From a virus: a stretch of 58,202 nucleotides of DNA. The notes beneath the pieces are model-generated. The model was not told the DNA's origin. It did no database searches and saw only the letters and a program-made list of their open reading frames with translations. The stretch lies in IMG/VR virus record IMGVR_UViG_3300005831_000020, positions 1-58,202 of that record; one strand, 5' to 3'. The translations under genes were made by a program, and so were the position numbers. The number at the start of each line of letters is the position of its first letter. Position 1 is the first letter of the stretch. Below are positions 18,111 through 26,735 of the stretch, one piece after another.

Positions 18111-18712
18111 TAGTTTTTACCATACAAAAGTTCTTGTATCACTGAAAAATTATTATGAATTTCATCAAATACTTTTTTATCCTTTAATGTTGTAAAATAA
18201 TTTTCAGAAAGTGCATTAAGTAAAGTAGGGTATACTGCTGGTCTATTACTTAATCCCTCTAATAAAACCCCTCTTCGCTGTTCTGTTATAATTTTTGATA
18301 CTTGAGATATACCTTCTTTCTGTTCATTAGTACCTTCTTTTCTGTTAGGAATAAAAACAACTCTTTTTTGTAAAGATTCGTTAACTGATAGAAACCAACC
18401 AATAACAATTTCTAAATCTGCAATATGGGGTTGAAAAGGGATAATGATAATATCTGCGTCTTTGACATATCTTATCAAGCTAGACCCAGCCGTCCCAGCT
18501 GTATCTATCACTAATAAATTTGCTTCTTTTGTGCTACAGAATTCATAATTATTATTTTTGCATTTTTCTAACCACGTATAAATAGTTCTGTTAGGGTCTG
18601 CATCTAAAATATTAACAGTATAATTTTTATTTTTAAACCATTGTACTAATAATCCTGCGATTGTAGATTTGCCTACACCACCTTTATCTCCTGTTACTGC
18701 TATAGTTTTCAT
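18110..18712 (-). CDS. parA: ParA-family partition ATPase
   Basis: Deviant Walker A at the N-terminus: IAVTGDKGGVGKST. 200 aa. Confidence 0.85.
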   Translation of the reverse strand: MKTIAVTGDKGGVGKSTIAGLLVQWFKNKNYTVNILDADPNRTIYTWLEKCKNNNYEFCSTKEANLLVIDTAGTAGSSLIRYVKDADIIIIPFQPHIADLEIVIGWFLSVNESLQKRVVFIPNRKEGTNEQKEGISQVSKIITEQRRGVLLEGLSNRPAVYPTLLNALSENYFTTLKDKKVFDEIHNNFSVIQELLYGKN

Positions 18713-18808
18713 AAATAAATAATGTATTATATAAACATAACATTACTATACATTTAAACGCATTACAAGACAATACTATACAATACTTAATAAAGAATTA
18801 TATACTGG

Positions 18809-19690
18809 TTACTGTATATGATTATAATAGCTTACAACTACTTCCCCCAAAAACTCTGGAATTAAAGGAACAACGCTATTGCCTAAAGCCATAAGACGCT
18901 GCTTGCGACTGCCTCCTTCTGTCCAGCTAATAGGATAGCCCATAAGCCATTCCACCCAATCAGGGTTTAAACGATTGTCTTTTAGCCTCGGTACTTCTAA
19001 AGGCTCTTTACCCCATTGCTTAATTCCTCTGCTGCAATAGTACATGCTAGCCTGCTCTTGTGAGCATATTGGGCTAATTTCTTCAAATCCCCTACATCCT
19101 TGTAGTCCCTTGCGATCGGTGTCGGGAGCATTTTTACAATCGTCTCCAAATGTGGACTCTGTCTCCTCCTTTCCGATGGACAATCCGACTTTGCAGAAGC
19201 AAGCGGGGTGGGCAATAATCCATATTCTATCCCGTCTGTGAGGCGCACCAAAGGCGGAAGCCGGTATACAATGCCATTCTGCATCATACCCGATCGCCCA
19301 TAAATCTTGCAGGACGCTGATAAGTCCTTGGCTGCGAAGGTTTGCCACGTTTTCGATAATCGCATATTTGGGTCTAATCTCATTTATTAACCTCGCAAAT
19401 TCTTTCCATAATCCTGAACGTTTAGCATTAATTCCTTTCTGTTTGCCTGCTACCGATATATCCTGACACGGAAAACCTCCTGCAATTACGTCAATTCTTG
19501 GGAGAACTTTTAAGTCTTCCTTGTCTATAACGGTAATATCAGAAAATATCGGCACGGATGGCCAGTGTCTTGTTAATATTTTCCGGCAGAACGGATTAAT
19601 CTCACAAAAGGCAACTGTTTGCATGCTTGCAGCTTCCAAGCCTATTGAAAAGCCTCCAATGCCTGAGAAAACATCTAGCACATTTAACAT
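18809..19690 (-). CDS. dcm: DNA (cytosine-5) methyltransferase
   Basis: Motifs FSGIGG (I), GGFPCQDIS (IV), ENV (VI), HRRDRIWII (VIII), LNPDWVEWLMGYP and GNSVVP (X). Confidence 0.9.
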   Translation of the reverse strand: MLNVLDVFSGIGGFSIGLEAASMQTVAFCEINPFCRKILTRHWPSVPIFSDITVIDKEDLKVLPRIDVIAGGFPCQDISVAGKQKGINAKRSGLWKEFARLINEIRPKYAIIENVANLRSQGLISVLQDLWAIGYDAEWHCIPASAFGAPHRRDRIWIIAHPACFCKVGLSIGKEETESTFGDDCKNAPDTDRKGLQGCRGFEEISPICSQEQASMYYCSRGIKQWGKEPLEVPRLKDNRLNPDWVEWLMGYPISWTEGGSRKQRLMALGNSVVPLIPEFLGEVVVSYYNHIQ

Positions 19691-19763
19691 TTTAGCTTTA
19701 TTACTTTATATTCATTCCTTAGCTAAAGTAATTATACCATAGGCTTTGGCTATCCTGATTTTC

Positions 19764-19979
19764 TCATGACTTTTTATAGAGATCGTGATGATATATTTCA
19801 GGCTCTCTAGGACATAACTTCTCTTTTTCTCTACGAGCTTGTACTAATTTTCTATACTTGGAGAGTGCATAGTTTTGATCCTCTTGTTCAGCATTTTCTA
19901 TTTCTCTGTATTTTTCTAACGTAAGAGGTTTATAATAATTTATGGCTCTAGTTTCCTTAATGTATACTCTCTTAGACAT
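19764..19979 (-). CDS. Hypothetical protein
   Basis: 71-aa ORF in the operon. Confidence 0.4.
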   Translation of the reverse strand: MSKRVYIKETRAINYYKPLTLEKYREIENAEQEDQNYALSKYRKLVQARREKEKLCPREPEIYHHDLYKKS

Positions 19980-19981
19980 AA

Positions 19982-20566
19982 CTATTCTTTAATATTCTCC
20001 TTAAAAAACCTGATATTCTCTCTTGCCTCTTTCATCTTAGCGGCAATTTCCAACGCTTCCTCTCTACTCCTTTGCTGATAAGCTATTTTATCCTCCTTAG
20101 AACCGTTATTTTCTATGTTCATCTTAGTTATCGCTAAACCCCCTATCTGCTGCATCTGAGTAAAATCTATCCGTCCTTCTTTAAGTGCATTAAACCCGAT
20201 ATTGAATATTTCAGCAGGCGTTTGCTTGTCAGAAAACGTCAAACACACGGGTTGATTATCATTTTTGTATTCACTACCCCAGCCTCCTTTTGTCTTGAGG
20301 TAGAAGGTGATTGCATTTAAATTAACGGCCGTTAGCTCATCATCCTTAATAAACCTCATAAGCCTTGATGCAACATAGTTCTTGGCCTTAAATCTACCCC
20401 TGTTATAGGAGGACATTAAAGATTTATTCTCACCCTTAGTTCTTCTAAAATGCCTCGCAGACATTCCTAAAAAAACCGCAATCTCTTCCTGTGTATGACC
20501 ATGTGCCGCCAATGCTTCAACCTGTGCGGACTCCTCTGGCGTAATATCCCTTTTTGGTTTACTCAT
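19982..20566 (-). CDS. HTH DNA-binding protein resembling a small terminase subunit
   Basis: HTQEEIAVFLGMSARHFRR (HTH), then GRFKAKNYVASRL and AITFYLKTKGGWG. This pattern is common in phage TerS-like proteins. Confidence 0.4.
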   Translation of the reverse strand: MSKPKRDITPEESAQVEALAAHGHTQEEIAVFLGMSARHFRRTKGENKSLMSSYNRGRFKAKNYVASRLMRFIKDDELTAVNLNAITFYLKTKGGWGSEYKNDNQPVCLTFSDKQTPAEIFNIGFNALKEGRIDFTQMQQIGGLAITKMNIENNGSKEDKIAYQQRSREEALEIAAKMKEARENIRFFKENIKE

Positions 20567-21788
20567 TCAACAATACAGCTTTTTTATTGGTTTCTTTTTC
20601 CCACCTCTTTATTATAACATCAACATAAGCGGGGGATAATTCCATCATATAACAATTACGCTTTGACCTCTCGCAGGCAATTAACGTAGTGCCGCTACCG
20701 CCAAACGGATCGTATACACTCTCACCTTGCGCGGAGTTATTAAGTATAGGCCTTAGCATGCATTCAAGCGGCTTTTGCGTACCGTGTCCAAAGGTTTCCT
20801 CTTTGTTACTATTACCGAAGGAGTTATTATTTTCTATTTCCCATACGGTAGATTGATCACGTTTGCCCTGCCAGTTATGCTTCTTCCCTTTCCGCGCAGC
20901 ATACCATAAAGGCTCGTGCTTATTATGATAATCACCCCTGCTAATTACAAAATGCTGCTTATTCCAAAATATAAGGCTAATCAATTCAAAACCGCTACTT
21001 TCTATATTTTCGGCAAACTTATGAGTATACTTTGCGCTATGCCAGATATAAGCAATATCACCGGTAAATAATGAATAAGCGTCAGACCAGTCATATTTGT
21101 CATCATTTAAAACTTTACCTTTAGAGCGCTTACCGACTCCTAAATCGCATCCTTCGCGCCAGCTTGGGTCATACTCCACACCGTACGGCGGATCGGTTAC
21201 CATTAAAATCGGACTTGCCCCGGCCATTAGTTTTTCAACATGCTGCGGATTAGTACTATTCCCACACATTAAACGATGAGACCCAAGGAGGTAAATATCA
21301 CCAAGCCTAGCAGTAGCTTCTGCTGGGAGTTCTATTTCCTCTTCTTCCCCTATTTCTTCTAATATGGTTTTATCAAATATAGGCGTTAGCATTTCCTCAT
21401 CCATACCAAATGATACTAACTCCTCCAGATCAAATCGCTCCGTTAGCACAGCAAAATCATATTCCCCGAACGCTAGATTATCTCTAATGTTTAACCTGTC
21501 TATTTCGGCAGTTGTTAGTTTCCTACTCGGCTTTAACACTTCAATTTCAGTCTCATCATCGTAACCTGCCATATATAAAGCTTTTTTGCGCTGGTGGCCG
21601 CCGATAATGGTGTAATCGTTATCTACTATTATTCTTTGATGATACCCGTCCTCCTTTATATGAGCAGCTAGTTTATCCAGCATTTCCTTGGTTATCTTTC
21701 TTGGATTATTGGTATATTCTTTTAATTGAGATAACTTAATGCTTGCCTCCTGCCATGTGATAGTTTCATGATTACTTGGATAGTTCAT
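20559..21788 (-). CDS. ParB-like nuclease domain fused to an N6A/N4C DNA methyltransferase
   Basis: N-terminal NNPRKI...IIGGHQRKKA (ParB-like). VTDPPYG (motif IV) precedes DPFGGSGTT (motif I), the beta-class order. Confidence 0.85.
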   Translation of the reverse strand: MNYPSNHETITWQEASIKLSQLKEYTNNPRKITKEMLDKLAAHIKEDGYHQRIIVDNDYTIIGGHQRKKALYMAGYDDETEIEVLKPSRKLTTAEIDRLNIRDNLAFGEYDFAVLTERFDLEELVSFGMDEEMLTPIFDKTILEEIGEEEEIELPAEATARLGDIYLLGSHRLMCGNSTNPQHVEKLMAGASPILMVTDPPYGVEYDPSWREGCDLGVGKRSKGKVLNDDKYDWSDAYSLFTGDIAYIWHSAKYTHKFAENIESSGFELISLIFWNKQHFVISRGDYHNKHEPLWYAARKGKKHNWQGKRDQSTVWEIENNNSFGNSNKEETFGHGTQKPLECMLRPILNNSAQGESVYDPFGGSGTTLIACERSKRNCYMMELSPAYVDVIIKRWEKETNKKAVLLNE

Positions 21789-22089
21789 TTTCTAGCTCCT
21801 CTAGCAACTTGTTTATAACCTGTTTCGGATTTTTTAGCGGAATGTCTCTGCTATCGGCAATAATTTGTTTCTTTATCATATTTACTATATTCTCCAGAAT
21901 ATTAAGCTTTTCCGAGCTCTCATCTTCTAACAGTCTAAATAATACTTCTAAATATTGACCGTTATCACGCCTTAGGTTAATGACCCACAAAAGCTCATCT
22001 TTAAACTCATTGCTAATATTCCCTTTTAAATAACGCTCTATAACAATCTCTTCACATTTTGCTTTAGCCATAATATTTATTATACTCAT
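21772..22089 (-). CDS. Hypothetical protein
   Basis: 105-aa ORF with overlapping start and stop in the operon. Confidence 0.45.
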   Translation of the reverse strand: MSIINIMAKAKCEEIVIERYLKGNISNEFKDELLWVINLRRDNGQYLEVLFRLLEDESSEKLNILENIVNMIKKQIIADSRDIPLKNPKQVINKLLEELENELSK

Positions 22090-23014
22090 TCAAGAATTTC
22101 TTATCTTTCTGGGTTTCTATCGAAACAAAGTGCTTACACCTATTTACTAAAAACTCTAAGTCATCTACTCCTTCCGATAGCACAGTTAGATTTCTAGTTA
22201 CCACTTTCTTTTGTTTCTCTACATCAAGTACTGTAGAACGAAAATTATCATTCTGACTAAGACTGGTATTTGAAAGCCAATAACGAATCGCAACCATGTC
22301 CTTATAGTTATTAAACCCCTCTAAGGCATCATAAATACCGGTAATATGTTCTTGAATACTCATTACTCCGTTAGTCGATAATTGAGAAGAGTTATCGGGA
22401 TTGGGTTCTTTTTCCAGTCTATTTGCTTTTTTAATCTCATTATACATTTTCTTAATACTGGATCTGCCTTCTGCGACTTCGGCTTTCTGCTCATCAGTAC
22501 CTTTGCGCTGGATGGTATCGTATTGCTCGGCTGTCGTGTGGCTCACGCCAGCTCGTTTGGCTATTTCTCCTAAAGTGCCTCTCCCTCTGTTTTCATACTC
22601 AGAAGTTTCACTTCTACCAACTGGTTGGGCAATGTTAGTATCGCTTTCTACTAAATCATTTCTAGTACCTTGCCTCTCCTTAGCTTTCTCTACTTCAAAC
22701 TGCTTAAACTTATAAGCTAGTGCAAGCCTAGTTTCAGTAGGTAAATTCCTTCTGCTAAACTGGTTATTGATCATCCAGAGCTTTACGTCCAGCTCGGTTT
22801 CTAGCCCTGTTTTTTCTACTACGTCAAAGCTTATGCCGTGCTTACTGCAAATGGCATATCTATGGTGTCCATCTATTATGGTGTTATTCCATACTACCAG
22901 TGCATGGAGGCAACCTTCATTAAGCAAACTCTGCTCTAGGTTATACAACTCATCACTGGATAATGGAGGAATAAGTTTTGCAAATTCTTCGTTAATATGA
23001 AAATTCATGTTCAT
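22064..23014 (-). CDS. ParB-like nuclease domain protein with a central HTH
   Basis: LIPPLSSDE...TIIDGHHRYAIC is a ParB/Srx-like motif. LGEIAKRAGVSHTTAEQY is an HTH. Confidence 0.75.
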   Translation of the reverse strand: MNMNFHINEEFAKLIPPLSSDELYNLEQSLLNEGCLHALVVWNNTIIDGHHRYAICSKHGISFDVVEKTGLETELDVKLWMINNQFSRRNLPTETRLALAYKFKQFEVEKAKERQGTRNDLVESDTNIAQPVGRSETSEYENRGRGTLGEIAKRAGVSHTTAEQYDTIQRKGTDEQKAEVAEGRSSIKKMYNEIKKANRLEKEPNPDNSSQLSTNGVMSIQEHITGIYDALEGFNNYKDMVAIRYWLSNTSLSQNDNFRSTVLDVEKQKKVVTRNLTVLSEGVDDLEFLVNRCKHFVSIETQKDKKFLNEYNKYYG

Positions 23015-23045
23015 CGTGCTTGCCTATTATTATGTTACATTTCTA

Positions 23046-23858
23046 TTACGCTACTCGTGCAAATCCCCCATGTAGTTTCTTCGCTGCTTTGCAATATGCT
23101 TTATGGGCTTCTTCGGGGGAGTTAAAAGAACCTAGATAAAGATTTGTTCCTTCTTTCATAATCTTAGCTACCCATTTTTTTGTTTTTGTTGCATAAGTTA
23201 CGCCTTTATACCCAGATTGTTCAGAACAGCTAGCTGCTATTATATTCTCAATTTTAGTGTTTAATGAATTGCCATCTTTATAAGCAGCTACTTCAGGTAA
23301 ATACCCATGAAACATCAAGTATATTATCCGTCCAGCATTATATTTAGTACTATTGATAAATACGTATCTTTTAACACTAGCGCCATTTTTTGCTAAAAAG
23401 GATACTTTAATACCTTTTTTAACTGCTCTTTTATTAACCTTCAAATAAAGCTCTCCATCTCTATATTCAAACAACTTTTTAACTTGCGCCTGTGTTAATT
23501 GCGGTTTAACTTTTTTGACTTTCTCTTCTACAGCTTTAAGTTTTACGACTTTAGGTTTTTTAGTAGTTTTGGTTTGCTCTACCGGTAATGACTGAGTATA
23601 TGCTTCCTTTTTATCTAGTGTTTTTTCAAGAATTGTAACTATACGTTCAACGATTTGTTCTAACTCACAGAAATTTTTATAGCTCTCATGTTCTAAATTA
23701 ATTATACGAGTAAGATTGCGATCCTCTATAGCTTTCGGCAATTTACTAACACTAGCTTCCAAGCCCTTAAGCCTTCTTTCTGTTACAAAACTTAAGCCCT
23801 CTGGGTGAATACTAAAAAAGTCTGCTGCTTTTTTGACGTTTCTTAAAAATGTAAACAT
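23046..23858 (-). CDS. AP2-domain DNA-binding protein (related to phage homing-endonuclease-associated proteins)
   Basis: C-terminal GYKGVTYATKTKKWVAKIMKEGTNLYLGSFNSPEEAHKAYCKAAKKLHGGFA matches the AP2/ERF pattern YRGV..W.A.I...LG.F...EEA..AY. Confidence 0.65.
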   Translation of the reverse strand: MFTFLRNVKKAADFFSIHPEGLSFVTERRLKGLEASVSKLPKAIEDRNLTRIINLEHESYKNFCELEQIVERIVTILEKTLDKKEAYTQSLPVEQTKTTKKPKVVKLKAVEEKVKKVKPQLTQAQVKKLFEYRDGELYLKVNKRAVKKGIKVSFLAKNGASVKRYVFINSTKYNAGRIIYLMFHGYLPEVAAYKDGNSLNTKIENIIAASCSEQSGYKGVTYATKTKKWVAKIMKEGTNLYLGSFNSPEEAHKAYCKAAKKLHGGFARVA

Positions 23859-23882
23859 TTTCTTTCTCCTTGTTATTTGTAT

Positions 23883-24464
23883 TTAAAATGGCACTTCATC
23901 AGAAGTAAATTCAGTACTTATTTGCTTACTCCCATCTCCACTATAATTTATCGGAAACTTACCGCTTCTCTCGTCCATGTACTCGCTGTATTTAGCATGT
24001 GCTGGAGTAATTATCGTCTTAATCTCATTACTAGGCTTATCGCCTTTATAGTTAATGGTAATTTCAGCTACTACCTGCAAATTATCAAGGTCGGCAAAGC
24101 TTTTAATAGTTCTCATTTTTTCTGCTTCTGGTGATTTGTCTGCTGGGTGTAATCCATGAGCAGAATCAAGGATAGCTTTGATCATAGTTCTACCCATTTG
24201 AGCGAATTTTGGTGAATTATCACTATGAAGACCGATATTGCTCCAGATCTTCCTATTCTCATATTCTCCTCCTAAGATTACGAACTCACAGGCAAGATAT
24301 ATACTAGTTCCTGCGCGGCTTTTGGTAGCCCATCCATCTTTAAATTCATCAGTTACATGATTACCTTTTTTTATCAGCAGACGAACTTTTGCTATAGTTT
24401 TATGTGGTATTAGTTCGTAAGACATTTGCTCCTCGGCATCATTAAAGTTGTTCCATTTAGTCAT
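23883..24464 (-). CDS. Single-stranded DNA-binding protein candidate
   Basis: The ATG at 24464 (MTKWNNF) fits the operon better than the track start. The C-terminus ends in the acidic SSB-type tail ..TSDEVPF. Confidence 0.4.
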   Translation of the reverse strand: MTKWNNFNDAEEQMSYELIPHKTIAKVRLLIKKGNHVTDEFKDGWATKSRAGTSIYLACEFVILGGEYENRKIWSNIGLHSDNSPKFAQMGRTMIKAILDSAHGLHPADKSPEAEKMRTIKSFADLDNLQVVAEITINYKGDKPSNEIKTIITPAHAKYSEYMDERSGKFPINYSGDGSKQISTEFTSDEVPF

Positions 24465-24735
24465 TGTTTTTGCTCCTTTTTCTTTTTTTCTTTTCCCATT
24501 GCTCGTCATAAAAACAAGCATCATTTCCAATATATTCTTCTTTAGTATTACTCCCCAATTTCCCCATATATTTAGCAACTTGATAAGTATTAACCTTATA
24601 ATATTTTGCTGCCTTATAGATGGCTAACTGGATTGGTACACGCTGTCCCATAAGATTCCTTGCAAACATAACAGCCTTAAACGTATCTTTATCTCTAATA
24701 TAAGGCATATGACTAAGATCAAATTTCTTACTCAT
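24457..24735 (-). CDS. Hypothetical protein
   Basis: 92-aa ORF overlapping its neighbours in the operon. Confidence 0.45.
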   Translation of the reverse strand: MSKKFDLSHMPYIRDKDTFKAVMFARNLMGQRVPIQLAIYKAAKYYKVNTYQVAKYMGKLGSNTKEEYIGNDACFYDEQWEKKKRKRSKNND

Positions 24736-24973
24736 TCTTTTGCTCCACTAGTTCTTTTAATTTTGATAAGTTGTTATCAATTTGTTTATCTAAGTACTTT
24801 GAAAACCAAAAACGAAGATCATTGTCTTTTTTGCGGTTAAATAAATACACGGCTTCAGTCACTACTCCTACATATTCATCAGTCCATAAAAGCTTATAAT
24901 CCTCCATATCCCGCCTTATTTCTTCTCTTAACATACGAATTGACGTGTATTTTCTAGCTTCTTGTTCGCTCAT
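24728..24973 (-). CDS. Hypothetical protein
   Basis: 81-aa ORF overlapping its neighbours in the operon. Confidence 0.45.
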   Translation of the reverse strand: MSEQEARKYTSIRMLREEIRRDMEDYKLLWTDEYVGVVTEAVYLFNRKKDNDLRFWFSKYLDKQIDNNLSKLKELVEQKNE

Positions 24974-25395
24974 AAAACCTCCTTATTTTCCATTATTTTA
25001 TTAAAAACCATTTTTCTAAATTTTATATATACGAGTGCCTCTGCATCTGATAAACTATCCATATTCAAATTATCCTTAGGCGTTAAGGCATATCCTTTTC
25101 TATCTTTTCTAAAGAACCCTTTTCGAGTTAAAGAATCAAATATACTGTGTAGACATTCTTCACTCATATCGGAAATTTCCAACCCTTGTTCTTCTAAATC
25201 CATTTCTCTATCAACGACTTTCTCCATAAATTCTAATGCCTGAGAATCTTTCAACATGTTTTCAATATGATTAAATCCTTCTTTTGTTGGAAAGAGATTT
25301 AAAAATAATAATTTTGCCTCCTTTGTAGCCGAGTTAATTTTATTATTTAAATACATATCTATAATCTGTTCTTCTAATTGCTGTTTTGTTTTCAT
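24970..25395 (-). CDS. Hypothetical protein downstream of DnaB (helicase-loader position)
   Basis: 141-aa ORF whose start abuts the dnaB stop. No motif recognised. Confidence 0.45.
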   Translation of the reverse strand: MKTKQQLEEQIIDMYLNNKINSATKEAKLLFLNLFPTKEGFNHIENMLKDSQALEFMEKVVDREMDLEEQGLEISDMSEECLHSIFDSLTRKGFFRKDRKGYALTPKDNLNMDSLSDAEALVYIKFRKMVFNKIMENKEVL

Positions 25396-26724
25396 TTACT
25401 CCTCCTTAAATTTTGTTATGTTTCCCTGATACTTCAAAATGAATGATCCACAGCGGCCGTCTCTGTTTTTTGCTACTATGACCGTAATTATTTTCTCATA
25501 ATCTTTTAGCATCAGCGGGTAATCATCCTGCCTGTGCAGGAATATTACTAGGTTTGAATCCTGCTCTATCGAACCTGAATCCCTTAAGTCAGAAAGAATT
25601 GGTTGTTTGTTTTCTCTCTTTTGATATTCTCTTGATAACTGCGAAAGTATGATTACCGTAATACCAAGCTCACTAGCCATATTCTTTAGGGTTTTTGTAA
25701 TGAGTTCTATTTCAGAAACTCTGTTTAAACCCGTAAAACCTGATAAATGTATTAATTGAACATAATCAATAATTATAACCTTCATGTTTTCCTTGATACT
25801 TTCCTTACGGCAGTGAAGATAGAAACTCCCTAAATCCTTAATCCGATCAGTAAAAATCTGAATATTATCTTTAGCTTCTTTAAAATATTTCTTAACTGCA
25901 TTGTAACGTTCTTCTGCATGCAACCTATCTTTCCTGCTAATTTCAGTAATATTTGAAATTATCCTTTGATAAACTTCCTCCTTATCCATCTCAAAAGACC
26001 AGAGACCAACTTTATAACCTTGGTTAGTAATATTTAAAGCAAGGTTAACCGCAAAAGCACTTTTACCTACTCCGGTACCTGCTCCGACAGTAATTAATTG
26101 ACCCGGTCTAAATCCCTCTATAATCTGATCAAGGTCTTTAAAACCGCTACTGATTACAGCTTGTTCTGTAGTATTTAAAACCTCCATTACTTCTGCTTCG
26201 TAATCATGTTCGTCGCTTGGTATCATTCCATCAAGGAGAGCATTACACTTGTTACCGATATCGGTTACTATTTCCGTTAAATCCTTACTATCTGCCGTAT
26301 TAAGAATTTTTGGTTTGGCATTTTCATAAAGAAAAAATGCCTCTCTTCTAAAATACTGTTTCTGTATCTGGCCAAAAACACCCTCAGCGTAAACATCTGT
26401 GCCAAGAAATGGGACGCTAAGTACCATACATTGCCTTAAGTATTCCTCTCTTGCTACACCTTGCGAAAAAGACTGCCAATCCTCTTCTGCTATTGAGTGA
26501 ATGTGGAAATATATATCGCTAACTGATTTCCCCTCTTCTACATACGACTTAACAATCTTAAACACATGTGCAGCATGAGGAGTGATGAAGTATTTTGCTA
26601 TTAGCATTCTAGTTCCGGTAATAGCTGCTACCTCATCTTGGAGCATATGACCGATAGCTATTTTCTCGTTGCGAGTATCAAGTTGCTTTATTTCTTCTAG
26701 TTTAGTTAAAATGTCCTGATCCAT
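25396..26724 (-). CDS. dnaB: Replicative DNA helicase, DnaB family
   Basis: Walker A GAGTGVGKSAFAVNLA, Walker B IIIDYVQL, LSQLSR and RDSGSIEQD motifs. 442 aa. Confidence 0.9.
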   Translation of the reverse strand: MDQDILTKLEEIKQLDTRNEKIAIGHMLQDEVAAITGTRMLIAKYFITPHAAHVFKIVKSYVEEGKSVSDIYFHIHSIAEEDWQSFSQGVAREEYLRQCMVLSVPFLGTDVYAEGVFGQIQKQYFRREAFFLYENAKPKILNTADSKDLTEIVTDIGNKCNALLDGMIPSDEHDYEAEVMEVLNTTEQAVISSGFKDLDQIIEGFRPGQLITVGAGTGVGKSAFAVNLALNITNQGYKVGLWSFEMDKEEVYQRIISNITEISRKDRLHAEERYNAVKKYFKEAKDNIQIFTDRIKDLGSFYLHCRKESIKENMKVIIIDYVQLIHLSGFTGLNRVSEIELITKTLKNMASELGITVIILSQLSREYQKRENKQPILSDLRDSGSIEQDSNLVIFLHRQDDYPLMLKDYEKIITVIVAKNRDGRCGSFILKYQGNITKFKEE

Positions 26725-26735
26725 TATTTTATTCC

